33,579 nt of DNA, taken from NCBI GenBank assembly GCA_015061845.1, contig SUVT01000020.1, forward strand, positions 1 through 33,579, read 5' to 3'. The notes under the pieces are model-generated. The model was not told where the DNA came from, made no database searches, and worked only from the letters and a program-made list of their open reading frames with translations. Below are positions 13,007-21,124 of the stretch, piece after piece. A program made the position numbers and the translations under genes. Each line of letters opens with the position of its first letter. The first letter of the stretch is position 1. This DNA comes from Lentisphaerota bacterium. GTDB lineage: Bacteria > Verrucomicrobiota > Lentisphaeria > Victivallales > UBA1829.

Positions 13007-14155
13007 TTATTTCTTATCGTCACTGGAGAACAGATCGGAAAGTTTCTTGTTGGCTTCGTCCAACTGCTGCTGTACAGCTTCATCGACAGGAGTTTCCGGA
13101 ACTTCTTCTTTTTCTTCCAGATCACTCAACATCTTCTGACTCTGCTCTGTCAAAACAGGAGCTGTCGGTTCAGGGACTTCTTCCACCGGTTCAGGTTCAA
13201 CTCCGGCAAGCCGGTCAAGTTTTGCCTTGCCTGTTTCAGAAATATCGCCATCAACGAGATAACTTGCGATTTCACCGCCGGAAGTTGCTCCGGAAGTAGA
13301 AATGCTTTCTTTCTTAGCATCATCCACAACATTGAGGAAGAAGTCTTCCAGCGTACGATGCGGGTGATCAATGGTAATTTCAGCATCTGTATTTTCGCGG
13401 ATAACAGCCTGAATTTTTTCCATGGCTTCCGGCGGAAGATCAGGAATGGTGATCCGGCTGGAAGTTTTCACGGAAAGCAGTTCTTCCATGGAACCTTCTG
13501 CACGGATCTTACCTCCGTAAAGAATGATCACACGGTCACAAACATCTTCCACATCGCTGAGAAGGTGACTTGTCACAAGGACAGTTTTTCCTCTGCGTTT
13601 CAGAAGAAGGATCAGATCTTTCACTTCACGGCAACCGATCGGGTCAAGTCCGCTGGTAGGTTCGTCCAGAATCAGAAACGCAGGGTCATTGATCATTGCC
13701 TGAGCAAGTCCGATACGGCGAGCCATACCTTTGGAAAACTCTCCGACCCGGCGGTTTGCAGCATGAGAGAGCCCAACCATGTCGAGCAGCTGCTCTGTAC
13801 GGGTTTTACGTTCCTTGGCGGAAAGTCCGAACAGAGAACCGAAGAAATCCAGTGTTTCGTAAGCTGTAAGATACTTGTAAAGATACGTTTCTTCAGGAAG
13901 ATAACCGATCATCCGTTTTGCATCAACACTGCGGGGAGATGTTCCGAAAACGCTCAAACGTCCACCTGTGGGGTAAAGCAGACCAAGCAGCATCTTCACT
14001 GTGGTGGATTTCCCGGATCCGTTCGGACCGAGAAGACCAAGGACTTCGCCCTCTCTGACTTCAAAATCAATATCATTGACGGCTTTAGCTTTGGGGCGGT
14101 TCCAGAAATCACGGAACTCTTTGACAAGTCCGACTGCTTCAACTACATTTGCCAT
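13007..14155 (-). CDS. ABC transporter ATP-binding protein with an acidic Pro/Glu-rich ~150-aa C-terminal tail
   Basis: Walker A GPNGSGKST, signature FSKGMARR, Walker B LILDEPTSGLD, H-loop TSHLL. The tail contains EPEPVEEVPEPTAPV...EEKEEVPETPVDE. GGAG RBS about 9 nt upstream, 26 bp after the P-type ATPase stop. Confidence 0.85.
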   Translation of the reverse strand: MANVVEAVGLVKEFRDFWNRPKAKAVNDIDFEVREGEVLGLLGPNGSGKSTTVKMLLGLLYPTGGRLSVFGTSPRSVDAKRMIGYLPEETYLYKYLTAYETLDFFGSLFGLSAKERKTRTEQLLDMVGLSHAANRRVGEFSKGMARRIGLAQAMINDPAFLILDEPTSGLDPIGCREVKDLILLLKRRGKTVLVTSHLLSDVEDVCDRVIILYGGKIRAEGSMEELLSVKTSSRITIPDLPPEAMEKIQAVIRENTDAEITIDHPHRTLEDFFLNVVDDAKKESISTSGATSGGEIASYLVDGDISETGKAKLDRLAGVEPEPVEEVPEPTAPVLTEQSQKMLSDLEEKEEVPETPVDEAVQQQLDEANKKLSDLFSSDDKK

Positions 14156-14181
14156 TTTCAGTTATACTCCACGGATAAATA

Positions 14182-16131
14182 TTATTTGGTCTGTTCCTGC
14201 TGCGATTCTGCAAGCGTGATATTCTCGCCTGTACGGACAAGACGTGCACTGTTAAAGATGACGATCAATGTACTGACCGTATGGAAAATTGCCGCAACAA
14301 CAGGGGTCAATTCTCCAAAGACAGACAGGATGATACCGCCGACGACGAAAATCATACCGAACGCAAGGTTCTGGCTGATCACTGAAGACATCTTCTTGGA
14401 AAGAGCGATCAACAGGGGAATACGGCGCAAGTCATTGTTCATTAATGCAATGGATGCACTGTTGATTGCAATGTCACTGCCGATTGCACGCATTGCAATA
14501 CTCAGGTTACCGGCAGCAAGCGCAGGAGCATCGTTCACACCATCCCCGACAAATGCAACCAGAGAGTCTTTCTTGACATTTTCAACATATTCCACTTTAC
14601 CTTCCGGCAGGCAGTCGCCCTGGAAATCATCAATACCGAGTGTCTTGGCAACTTCGCTTGCAACTGCAGCACGGTCACCGGTAACCATTGCACACTGACG
14701 GATTCCGGCAGCCTTCAATTCTTTGATCGTTTCAGCTGCTTCCGGACGGATCTTGTCACGGAAACCAAGCATACCCATCAATTTACCATTGCGGGCAATT
14801 CCGACAACACTCATGCCGATCACTTCTGTTTCATCCTGATCGATCACGATTCCCTGCTCAGCCATCCACTTTGTACGACCGACAACACAGGGGGCTCCGC
14901 CAATATTTGCGGTAACACCTTTTCCGTGAACTTCTTCATAATCAGTGCCTTCCGTCACCTTGATACCGACTTCTTTTGCAAGACGGAGGATCGCAAGAGC
15001 GGTCGGGTGGTTACTGCGGGATTCAACAGAGGCTGCAACCAGAAGCAATTCTGCCGGTTCAACACCTTCTACAGGACGGATCTTGGCAACAGCCAATTCA
15101 CCTTCTGTAAGAGTACCGGTTTTGTCAAACACAAATGTCTTGATCTTGGATGCAAGTTCCAGGTGGGTGATGTTCTTGATCAGAATACCGAGACGTGCTG
15201 CTGCAGCAACGGCTGCAACGACAGCGGTCGGAGTTGCAAGAACAACTGCACAGGGACATGCAATAACAAGCAGCGTGATCACACGGTTCATGTCTCCATC
15301 GGAGAACCACCAGGTGAGCATGGCAAGCATCAGGATCGTGGGGGTATAGAACGCTGCATATTTATCAATAAGACGAACGATTGGGCTCTTGCTGGACTCA
15401 GCGGCAAGAATCATTTCTTTCACTTTACCGAGGGTGGTATCATCACCGATCTTGGTGACACGGACTTCGATACCACCGGAAAGGTTCTGGGTACCGGCAT
15501 AAACTTCATCGCCAACAGCCTTATCAACAGGGAGAGATTCCCCGGTAATGGATGCCTGGTTCACCGCACTCTGACCTTCGATGATCTCACCATCGACCGG
15601 GAAGTTTTCACCGGGACGGACACTGATGACATCACCGATAGAAAGTTCAGCAGCTTCCACATCGGTGTAAGTACCGTCAGCATTCTTTTTATGGGCATCG
15701 TGAGGAGTCAACCGGAGGAGTTCTTCGATAGAACGCTGCGCTCCGGAAGCTGTTCTTGTTTCAATGATGATCGTGATCAGCAGGAAGAAAGAAATGATCC
15801 CTGCTTCACGGAATTCCTGTCCGGCAAATGCTGCAAGAATTGCAAGTGCAACGAGTTCATTCATATAAACCCGTCCGACACAAAGGTCTCTGACAGCAGC
15901 AATAAAGATCGGCAATGCCAGAACAATTGCCCCGATCACAGCACTGACTTCAGATGCGAAGGGCTGTTCCGGAAAGAACCATTCCAAAAGGAAAGAGTTC
16001 AAAACCAGGAAACCACCGACCGCAGCGAACGCAGCGCGCCCCATGCTGCGACCATGTCCGCGACCTTCGGACATCAATTCGCCGTTTTTGGCATCTTCTG
16101 TATGGTCATGTCCGCAGATACATACGCTCAT
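14182..16131 (-). CDS. P1B-type heavy-metal-translocating ATPase (CPC motif), no HMA domain, His/Cys-rich N-terminus
   Basis: DKTGTLT phosphorylation site, GDGVNDAPALA, TM CPC motif (IACPCAVVLATP), TGES-like ITGESLP. The N-terminus MSVCICGHDHTED is a short metal-binding tag. The start overlaps the stop of the upstream SPFH gene by 4 nt. Confidence 0.85.
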   Translation of the reverse strand: MSVCICGHDHTEDAKNGELMSEGRGHGRSMGRAAFAAVGGFLVLNSFLLEWFFPEQPFASEVSAVIGAIVLALPIFIAAVRDLCVGRVYMNELVALAILAAFAGQEFREAGIISFFLLITIIIETRTASGAQRSIEELLRLTPHDAHKKNADGTYTDVEAAELSIGDVISVRPGENFPVDGEIIEGQSAVNQASITGESLPVDKAVGDEVYAGTQNLSGGIEVRVTKIGDDTTLGKVKEMILAAESSKSPIVRLIDKYAAFYTPTILMLAMLTWWFSDGDMNRVITLLVIACPCAVVLATPTAVVAAVAAAARLGILIKNITHLELASKIKTFVFDKTGTLTEGELAVAKIRPVEGVEPAELLLVAASVESRSNHPTALAILRLAKEVGIKVTEGTDYEEVHGKGVTANIGGAPCVVGRTKWMAEQGIVIDQDETEVIGMSVVGIARNGKLMGMLGFRDKIRPEAAETIKELKAAGIRQCAMVTGDRAAVASEVAKTLGIDDFQGDCLPEGKVEYVENVKKDSLVAFVGDGVNDAPALAAGNLSIAMRAIGSDIAINSASIALMNNDLRRIPLLIALSKKMSSVISQNLAFGMIFVVGGIILSVFGELTPVVAAIFHTVSTLIVIFNSARLVRTGENITLAESQQEQTK

Positions 16132-17303
16132 TTTGCGGCCTCCTTACTCTTTTGAATAACGTTTTTGTCTGTCTTCGGTTCAGGATTGAGCTTCAGACGG
16201 ATTTCCTGTTTTCCGGATCCCAGAGAATTGACAACAAATTTATCGTTGACCTGTGCAAAGGCATCTGAAACTGCCTGCGTGAAGAGATCTACGATAACAG
16301 AGGACGGATTTTCCTGATACTTCGGCAAAAGCATCTTGAAGTAATTGGCATCGGCAGCCACTTCAGAAACAACTTTTGCACTGTAGTTCTCAGCTTCTGA
16401 AATCAGCACATTCTTTTCTGATTCTGCTGCAGCTTTCTGCTTGGAAGCATAAGCTCTTGCTTTGTCCTCTTCTGATTTTGCTTTTGTTTCAGCAGAAGTG
16501 ACTTCGTTGAACGCATTAATGGTTTGCGGAGGAGGACTCTTCACGCCCAGACTGACCGTCTCGACAGTGATACCGATCTTCAAGTCTGCAATCTGCTTTT
16601 TCACCAAGCGTTCCACTTCCATGCGGTACTCATTGGTTTTCTTGAAGATGATATCATTCACGTCCCACTTTGCAGTGACCTGCAGGACTGCGTTATCCAA
16701 CACATTCCGGAGCAGAGTTTTCGGTCCGCGAGTCCCGATTTCTTCCCCTTTATCATTCTTGAAAACGGTATCCGCTTCAGCCGGGACATCAGGCGTCATG
16801 CAGGTTTCATAATAACGTTTGGGAGCAGAGATTCTGTATGTCATACTCCAGGAGGTATGAATCACGCAGGCATCTGCAGTAATGAGATAACCATCAACGC
16901 CCGGAATCAGGGTTTCACCACCTTGAGGATTATTCTTCCGGTCTGTGATCAATTTTTCATTTGCAGGCATAAAAGTATTGCTTGTAATAGTCTGCGGGGT
17001 TGTCGGAATTTCAATGATCTTGCTGACGGGGAACGGGAACACCCAGTGCCAATCATCAGTGTAAAGCTCTTTGAATTTACCAAACTGCGTAACGATCACA
17101 GCAGTATCAGGACGGACTGTAAAGAAACCGCTGAACGTAAAGAACCAGATCAGCAGAATCAATATCAAGCTTGAAAGCAGGATAAACACCGCCTTCAAAC
17201 TCTTGACAAGCATATCCATTCCGGATGAAAAAACGCCATCACCCGAAACGTTTGTTGCTTCTGTCAATTCTTTATTTTCATTTTCCATTGTAGAATTCTC
17301 CAT
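16128..17303 (-). CDS. SPFH/band-7 protein, HflK-like
   Basis: N-terminal TM, SPFH core (TVRPDTAVIVTQFGKF...), C-terminal coiled coil rich in A/E/K. GGAG RBS. Lies 8 bp after the previous SPFH gene. Its stop overlaps the ATPase start. Confidence 0.7.
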   Translation of the reverse strand: MENSTMENENKELTEATNVSGDGVFSSGMDMLVKSLKAVFILLSSLILILLIWFFTFSGFFTVRPDTAVIVTQFGKFKELYTDDWHWVFPFPVSKIIEIPTTPQTITSNTFMPANEKLITDRKNNPQGGETLIPGVDGYLITADACVIHTSWSMTYRISAPKRYYETCMTPDVPAEADTVFKNDKGEEIGTRGPKTLLRNVLDNAVLQVTAKWDVNDIIFKKTNEYRMEVERLVKKQIADLKIGITVETVSLGVKSPPPQTINAFNEVTSAETKAKSEEDKARAYASKQKAAAESEKNVLISEAENYSAKVVSEVAADANYFKMLLPKYQENPSSVIVDLFTQAVSDAFAQVNDKFVVNSLGSGKQEIRLKLNPEPKTDKNVIQKSKEAAK

Positions 17304-17311
17304 CGGAAAGG

Positions 17312-18364
17312 TTATTTTTTCTTTGCTTCACCGTTGGAGGCAGAAGGCTTTTCACCGGATTTCTCAACTTCAGAGCTGAGAGAGTCGCCCAGCTTCAGAA
17401 TATCAAACGGCGCACAATTGGTATCGAGAATCAGGGTTGTCCGTTTTCCCATCAACCGTTTCATTGATTCCAATTTCCGGAGGAACATTGCAAGCTGAGG
17501 ATCAGCTTTGAATTCTGCGTAGTATTTGGCAGCAGCAGAGTCACCTTCTGCTCGGATCTTCTTCGCTTCTGCTTCCGCATTGGTCAGTGTATTGGTATAA
17601 TCATTGTCGGCTTTGGTCATGATCTCTTTTGCTTTGACTTCTCCCTGACTCTTGTATTTTTCTGCTTCGGTCTTACGTTCGGAAATCATGCGCTCTGCAA
17701 TTGCTTTTGCAGGTTCATCAGGCACACCGATGGTCCGGATGTTCACAGAAACGACTTCAAGCCCCCACTGTTCAAAAGCGGGAGGTGCAATCATTTCAAT
17801 CATTTCAGATTCCATATCACTGATTTTGATTTTGTCAGGATCGGAATTCACCAACTGATTGAATTCATACTTACCGATAATTGCACCTTTCGCAGAACGC
17901 ATAAGGATCCCAAGCTGATCTTCTGCAGTTGCAATGCTTCCACCGGCACTCTGGAATTTGATCAAATCTTTGATACGGAAAACGGTATAGATGGAAACAG
18001 TGATATTTTTTCCATCGCTGGTGGGAGTTTCTTCCAGCTTTCCAATATTTCCATCATAGCATCTGAGACGGGTATCGTACTTCATCACTTTCTGAATCGG
18101 ATAGGGCCAGCGGAAATGCAATCCGGGCTGTCTGACGACAGGATCGATTTTTCCCAGTGTAATAACAACAGCACGTTCCGTTGTCGGCACCTGATAAGAG
18201 AAGATTGCAATCAGAAAGATAATTGCCACAGCAAAGCCCAATAACATGATAGGGACATTGACATGCTTCTTCTTTGTTTCTGTTACCTTGTGATCGTGTT
18301 CATGCTCACATTTGCAATCTTTGTGATCATGATCATGATTGTGACCGCAGCAAGTTTCGGACAT
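17312..18364 (-). CDS. SPFH/band-7 protein, HflC-like, with a His/Cys-rich N-terminal metal-binding tag
   Basis: N-terminus MSETCCGHNHDHDHKDCKCEHEHDHK, then a TM helix and an SPFH domain (ERAVVITLGKIDPVV...HFRWPYPIQKV). HflC-like C-terminus (AEGDSAAAKYYAEFKADPQLAMFLRKLESM). Confidence 0.7.
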   Translation of the reverse strand: MSETCCGHNHDHDHKDCKCEHEHDHKVTETKKKHVNVPIMLLGFAVAIIFLIAIFSYQVPTTERAVVITLGKIDPVVRQPGLHFRWPYPIQKVMKYDTRLRCYDGNIGKLEETPTSDGKNITVSIYTVFRIKDLIKFQSAGGSIATAEDQLGILMRSAKGAIIGKYEFNQLVNSDPDKIKISDMESEMIEMIAPPAFEQWGLEVVSVNIRTIGVPDEPAKAIAERMISERKTEAEKYKSQGEVKAKEIMTKADNDYTNTLTNAEAEAKKIRAEGDSAAAKYYAEFKADPQLAMFLRKLESMKRLMGKRTTLILDTNCAPFDILKLGDSLSSEVEKSGEKPSASNGEAKKK

Positions 18365-18401
18365 TTTTCAAACTCCTGTATTTATGTTATTTTTTGTTTT
18401 T

Positions 18402-20363
18402 TCAGTTGATGTTACCGCCAAGATCAGCATCAAGGAGATCAAGCCGCGGTTTTTCTTCGGCATTGAGTTCCAGAATTTGATACGGGATCGTTGCGGATAA
18501 GATATATTTTCTCAAGTCGGCACAATCATTTTCAAGGAAAGAAAGATATGTGCGGAGCTTGAACATTGAGGGCATCGCTTTGTATGCAGCAAGCTTGCTC
18601 TGGAATTCACGGGCATCATATTCAGAGACCGTGGTACGTTTGTATTTGTAAGTATCAGCTTCCTGCTTGATCTGCATTTCTTTAACCTTGGCAGAAGCAT
18701 CTTTTTCAAGTTTGTATGTCTCAGCCTTTTCGATTTCGGTTTCCATCTTCTGTTCCGCAATGAAAACGCCCTGGAATGCAGCAGCAACATCCTTGACAGG
18801 AGGATGTGTTCCATTCAAATCGACGCTGAGGATCGTAACACCAAGATTCCATTCATCAGCACGTTTCTGAATGCGTTCAGTAAGGTTCTTCGTAATCTCT
18901 TTACGACCTTCCGCCAAGTCACGGTTAAAATCAGTACTTGCAAAATAAATTGTTGCTTCCTGGGTTCCGAGATCAAGCAGAGCCTGATCAACATTACGGT
19001 AATTCAGGAAATAATCCATGACCTTATCTTTATTGACTTTATAAGTCACAGGAAGCACAGCATTGAGCATAGATACGGCATTTCCAAGATCCTGACTGGA
19101 TCCGCTGTTCTTATCCGTTTTCTGCGCTGAACTGCTGTTTGCCACAAGGAAAGGCATTTCACCTTCTTCATGTTCTTTTGTCCAGAGAATCGTTTTCAAA
19201 GGAGCTTTCTCAGGCTGAGCTTTCGTGTCTTTTTTCGCTTCAACACCAATTGTTACAACACGGGGTTCATCGATCTTGATCCGGGAGATCTTGTCGCAGG
19301 GCCACGGAAGTTTGAAATAGAGACCGGGCTGAAGAGGTTCGGAAGAGACAAGCTTACCGAACCGGGTCTTGATTCCGACTTCTCCGGGTCCTACTTCCCC
19401 GATACATGTGAAAAGCCAGAAAACGACGAGCCAGACAAAAATTGCCGGGAGAGCGACTTTACAGAACTTCTGGAACAACCAGGTTCCGGAAACCTTAAAC
19501 CCGAACTGATAGTCAAGTGTATTTGCAATATTTTTCGCGACACTGCCCGGATCAATAAAGATCGCAAGAATACGGCTTTCATGTACCGGACGGTCTTCCA
19601 CTTGTGTTCTGGGACGATAGAATTCAGCGACGAAGCTGAAAATAAATTCCGCGCCGAGAATTGCCAATACAACAAAAACGACCTTTGCGATCGGGAGATC
19701 CCAACCCGGATTTTTATAATGAAGAGCAACAGCAGAAACAGCTGCCAGCAACCAAACAAAAGCTCCGGCAACAAACCAGGCTCCAATGGGACGCAGCCAG
19801 CGGAATTCATTCATCCGGCTCTGACCGGACAGAAACATCCCGGTGAAAAGTGCTACTGCAGCAGAAATCACACATACAAAAGCCAAAACCATCGGATTCT
19901 TCGGAGCGGGCAGCCCGACTGCGCCATAAGCTGCCGGTGTACCGTAGGCTTTGAGCAAGGAAAGGGCAACAAAAAGCAAAGCAATGATACAGAAAACCTG
20001 CGGAGCCTTTTTCAAATAATTGGCAAAGGTCCGTCCTGCGGTAAAACGAACATCTTCAGAGACATCCATAATACTGTGAAGAGACTCTTTCCGCTTCTTC
20101 AACAGTTCTTTTTCATACTCTTCTTCAGCTGCATTTCCGGACAGCAATCCGTAAAATATTGCAGCAACGCTGAAAATGACAGCAACACCAAAGGGAATCA
20201 CTCCCATAGTAAATGTCCCAATACCGCTCCAGCCATTACCATAACTGGCGATCAAAGCCAATATGGTAAAAAACAGAGACTCAATAAGAGCAAGAATTGC
20301 AAGTTTCATTGCAATTTTAGATCTCTCACTGCTTCCAGCATAATTTTTAATTCCGTCAGCCAT
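18402..20363 (-). CDS. polytopic membrane protein (~8 TM, ~300 aa) fused to a C-terminal SPFH/HflK-like domain
   Basis: AGGAG RBS. N-terminal half made of hydrophobic helices. C-terminal half GEVGIKTRFGKLVSSEPLQPGLYFKLPWP... then a coiled coil. First gene of the operon. Confidence 0.65.
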   Translation of the reverse strand: MADGIKNYAGSSERSKIAMKLAILALIESLFFTILALIASYGNGWSGIGTFTMGVIPFGVAVIFSVAAIFYGLLSGNAAEEEYEKELLKKRKESLHSIMDVSEDVRFTAGRTFANYLKKAPQVFCIIALLFVALSLLKAYGTPAAYGAVGLPAPKNPMVLAFVCVISAAVALFTGMFLSGQSRMNEFRWLRPIGAWFVAGAFVWLLAAVSAVALHYKNPGWDLPIAKVVFVVLAILGAEFIFSFVAEFYRPRTQVEDRPVHESRILAIFIDPGSVAKNIANTLDYQFGFKVSGTWLFQKFCKVALPAIFVWLVVFWLFTCIGEVGPGEVGIKTRFGKLVSSEPLQPGLYFKLPWPCDKISRIKIDEPRVVTIGVEAKKDTKAQPEKAPLKTILWTKEHEEGEMPFLVANSSSAQKTDKNSGSSQDLGNAVSMLNAVLPVTYKVNKDKVMDYFLNYRNVDQALLDLGTQEATIYFASTDFNRDLAEGRKEITKNLTERIQKRADEWNLGVTILSVDLNGTHPPVKDVAAAFQGVFIAEQKMETEIEKAETYKLEKDASAKVKEMQIKQEADTYKYKRTTVSEYDAREFQSKLAAYKAMPSMFKLRTYLSFLENDCADLRKYILSATIPYQILELNAEEKPRLDLLDADLGGNIN

Positions 20364-20459
20364 TTTTCTCCTGTTCGGGTTATTATGTTATTATGATTTA
20401 TGCTCTTTTTCTCTTTCGACAGCAAAGCACACAAAACGTTCGCACATTCTGATGGATGC

Positions 20460-20488
20460 AAAATACACCATAAAATACTATTTGTCAA
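20460..20488 (-). promoter_or_regulatory. putative sigma70 promoter for the SPFH/ATPase/ABC operon
   Basis: On the minus strand: perfect TTGACA (complement of 20483-20488), 17-nt spacer, TATTTT (complement of 20460-20465). About 95 nt upstream of the ATG at 20363, in a 179-bp AT-rich gap. Confidence 0.3.
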
Positions 20489-20542
20489 ATAAAAAAGAAT
20501 TATTATTTTATGAATATTTCACAAAAAATCCTGATTTTTCTA

Positions 20543-21124
20543 TCATTTAGGACGAAATGCGATATGAGGAACGGTTCTGCCGACTGCAAGCCAGTCCAAT
20601 TCAAACTCCGTTTTATATGTTGAAACATCTGCCAACGCATCGTCCGGCAATTGCTCAAAAAGCTCTGACTTTTCAATATTTTCCAAAGTGGCATTCATAT
20701 ACCGGGGATCATCCGTTGCAAAATGCAAAACACCATCCGGTTTCAGAATCCGCCGGAGTGACATCATAAATTCGGAAGACATCAGGCGGTTTCCTTTGTG
20801 TTTATGCTTCGGCCAGGGATCCGGACAGAGTATATGAATTCTGTCAAGGCAGCCATCCGGCAGGATCCTGCCTGTCAAATGCCGTCCCTCCACACGAAGA
20901 AGTTCCAGATTGTTCAAACCGGCACGTTTTCCCATTTTTTCAACTTTTCTCAATCTGCCAAGCATCACATCAGCAGCAAGAACAAGCGTTTCCGGATTGT
21001 CAGTTGCCAGTTTTATGGAAAAACCGCCGCTTCCGCATCCGAGATCAAGCTCTACCCGTTTCCACGGACTGACATCAATCACATCACACAAACGGCAATC
21101 AACTGCATTCAAAAGGTGAATCAT
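20543..21124 (-). CDS. trmB: tRNA (guanine46-N7)-methyltransferase
   Basis: SAM-binding motif VELDLGCGSGGF and the TrmB signature ILCPDPWPKHKHKGNRL. 193 aa. Its start overlaps the upstream gene stop (TAATG). Confidence 0.8.
   Translation of the reverse strand: MIHLLNAVDCRLCDVIDVSPWKRVELDLGCGSGGFSIKLATDNPETLVLAADVMLGRLRKVEKMGKRAGLNNLELLRVEGRHLTGRILPDGCLDRIHILCPDPWPKHKHKGNRLMSSEFMMSLRRILKPDGVLHFATDDPRYMNATLENIEKSELFEQLPDDALADVSTYKTEFELDWLAVGRTVPHIAFRPK

Noticed and set aside
13358-14698. 446-aa plus-strand ORF
   Set aside because: It is antisense to the ABC ATPase (Walker motifs) and the 3' end of the P-type ATPase. It has no RBS or motifs, so it is a shadow ORF.
14926-16155. 409-aa plus-strand ORF, Cys-rich
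   Set aside because: It is antisense to the P1B ATPase (DKTGT, CPC, GDGVNDAPA on the other strand). The Cys richness is a by-product of antisense GC-rich codons.
18324-18338. Perfect palindrome tgatcatgatcatga
   Set aside because: It lies inside the coding sequence and arises from the repeated His-Asp codons (cat/gat/cac) of the His-rich leader. It is not an independent regulatory site.
19170-20396. 408-aa plus-strand ORF
   Set aside because: It is antisense to the TM-SPFH gene, which has an RBS and a conserved SPFH domain. The product is low-complexity.
20497-20542. Possible terminator after trmB (aaaaatcaggattttt)
   Set aside because: The stem is only A/T pairs with a 2-6-nt loop, which is too weak to call. 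It may still contribute to termination before the downstream TTGACA promoter.
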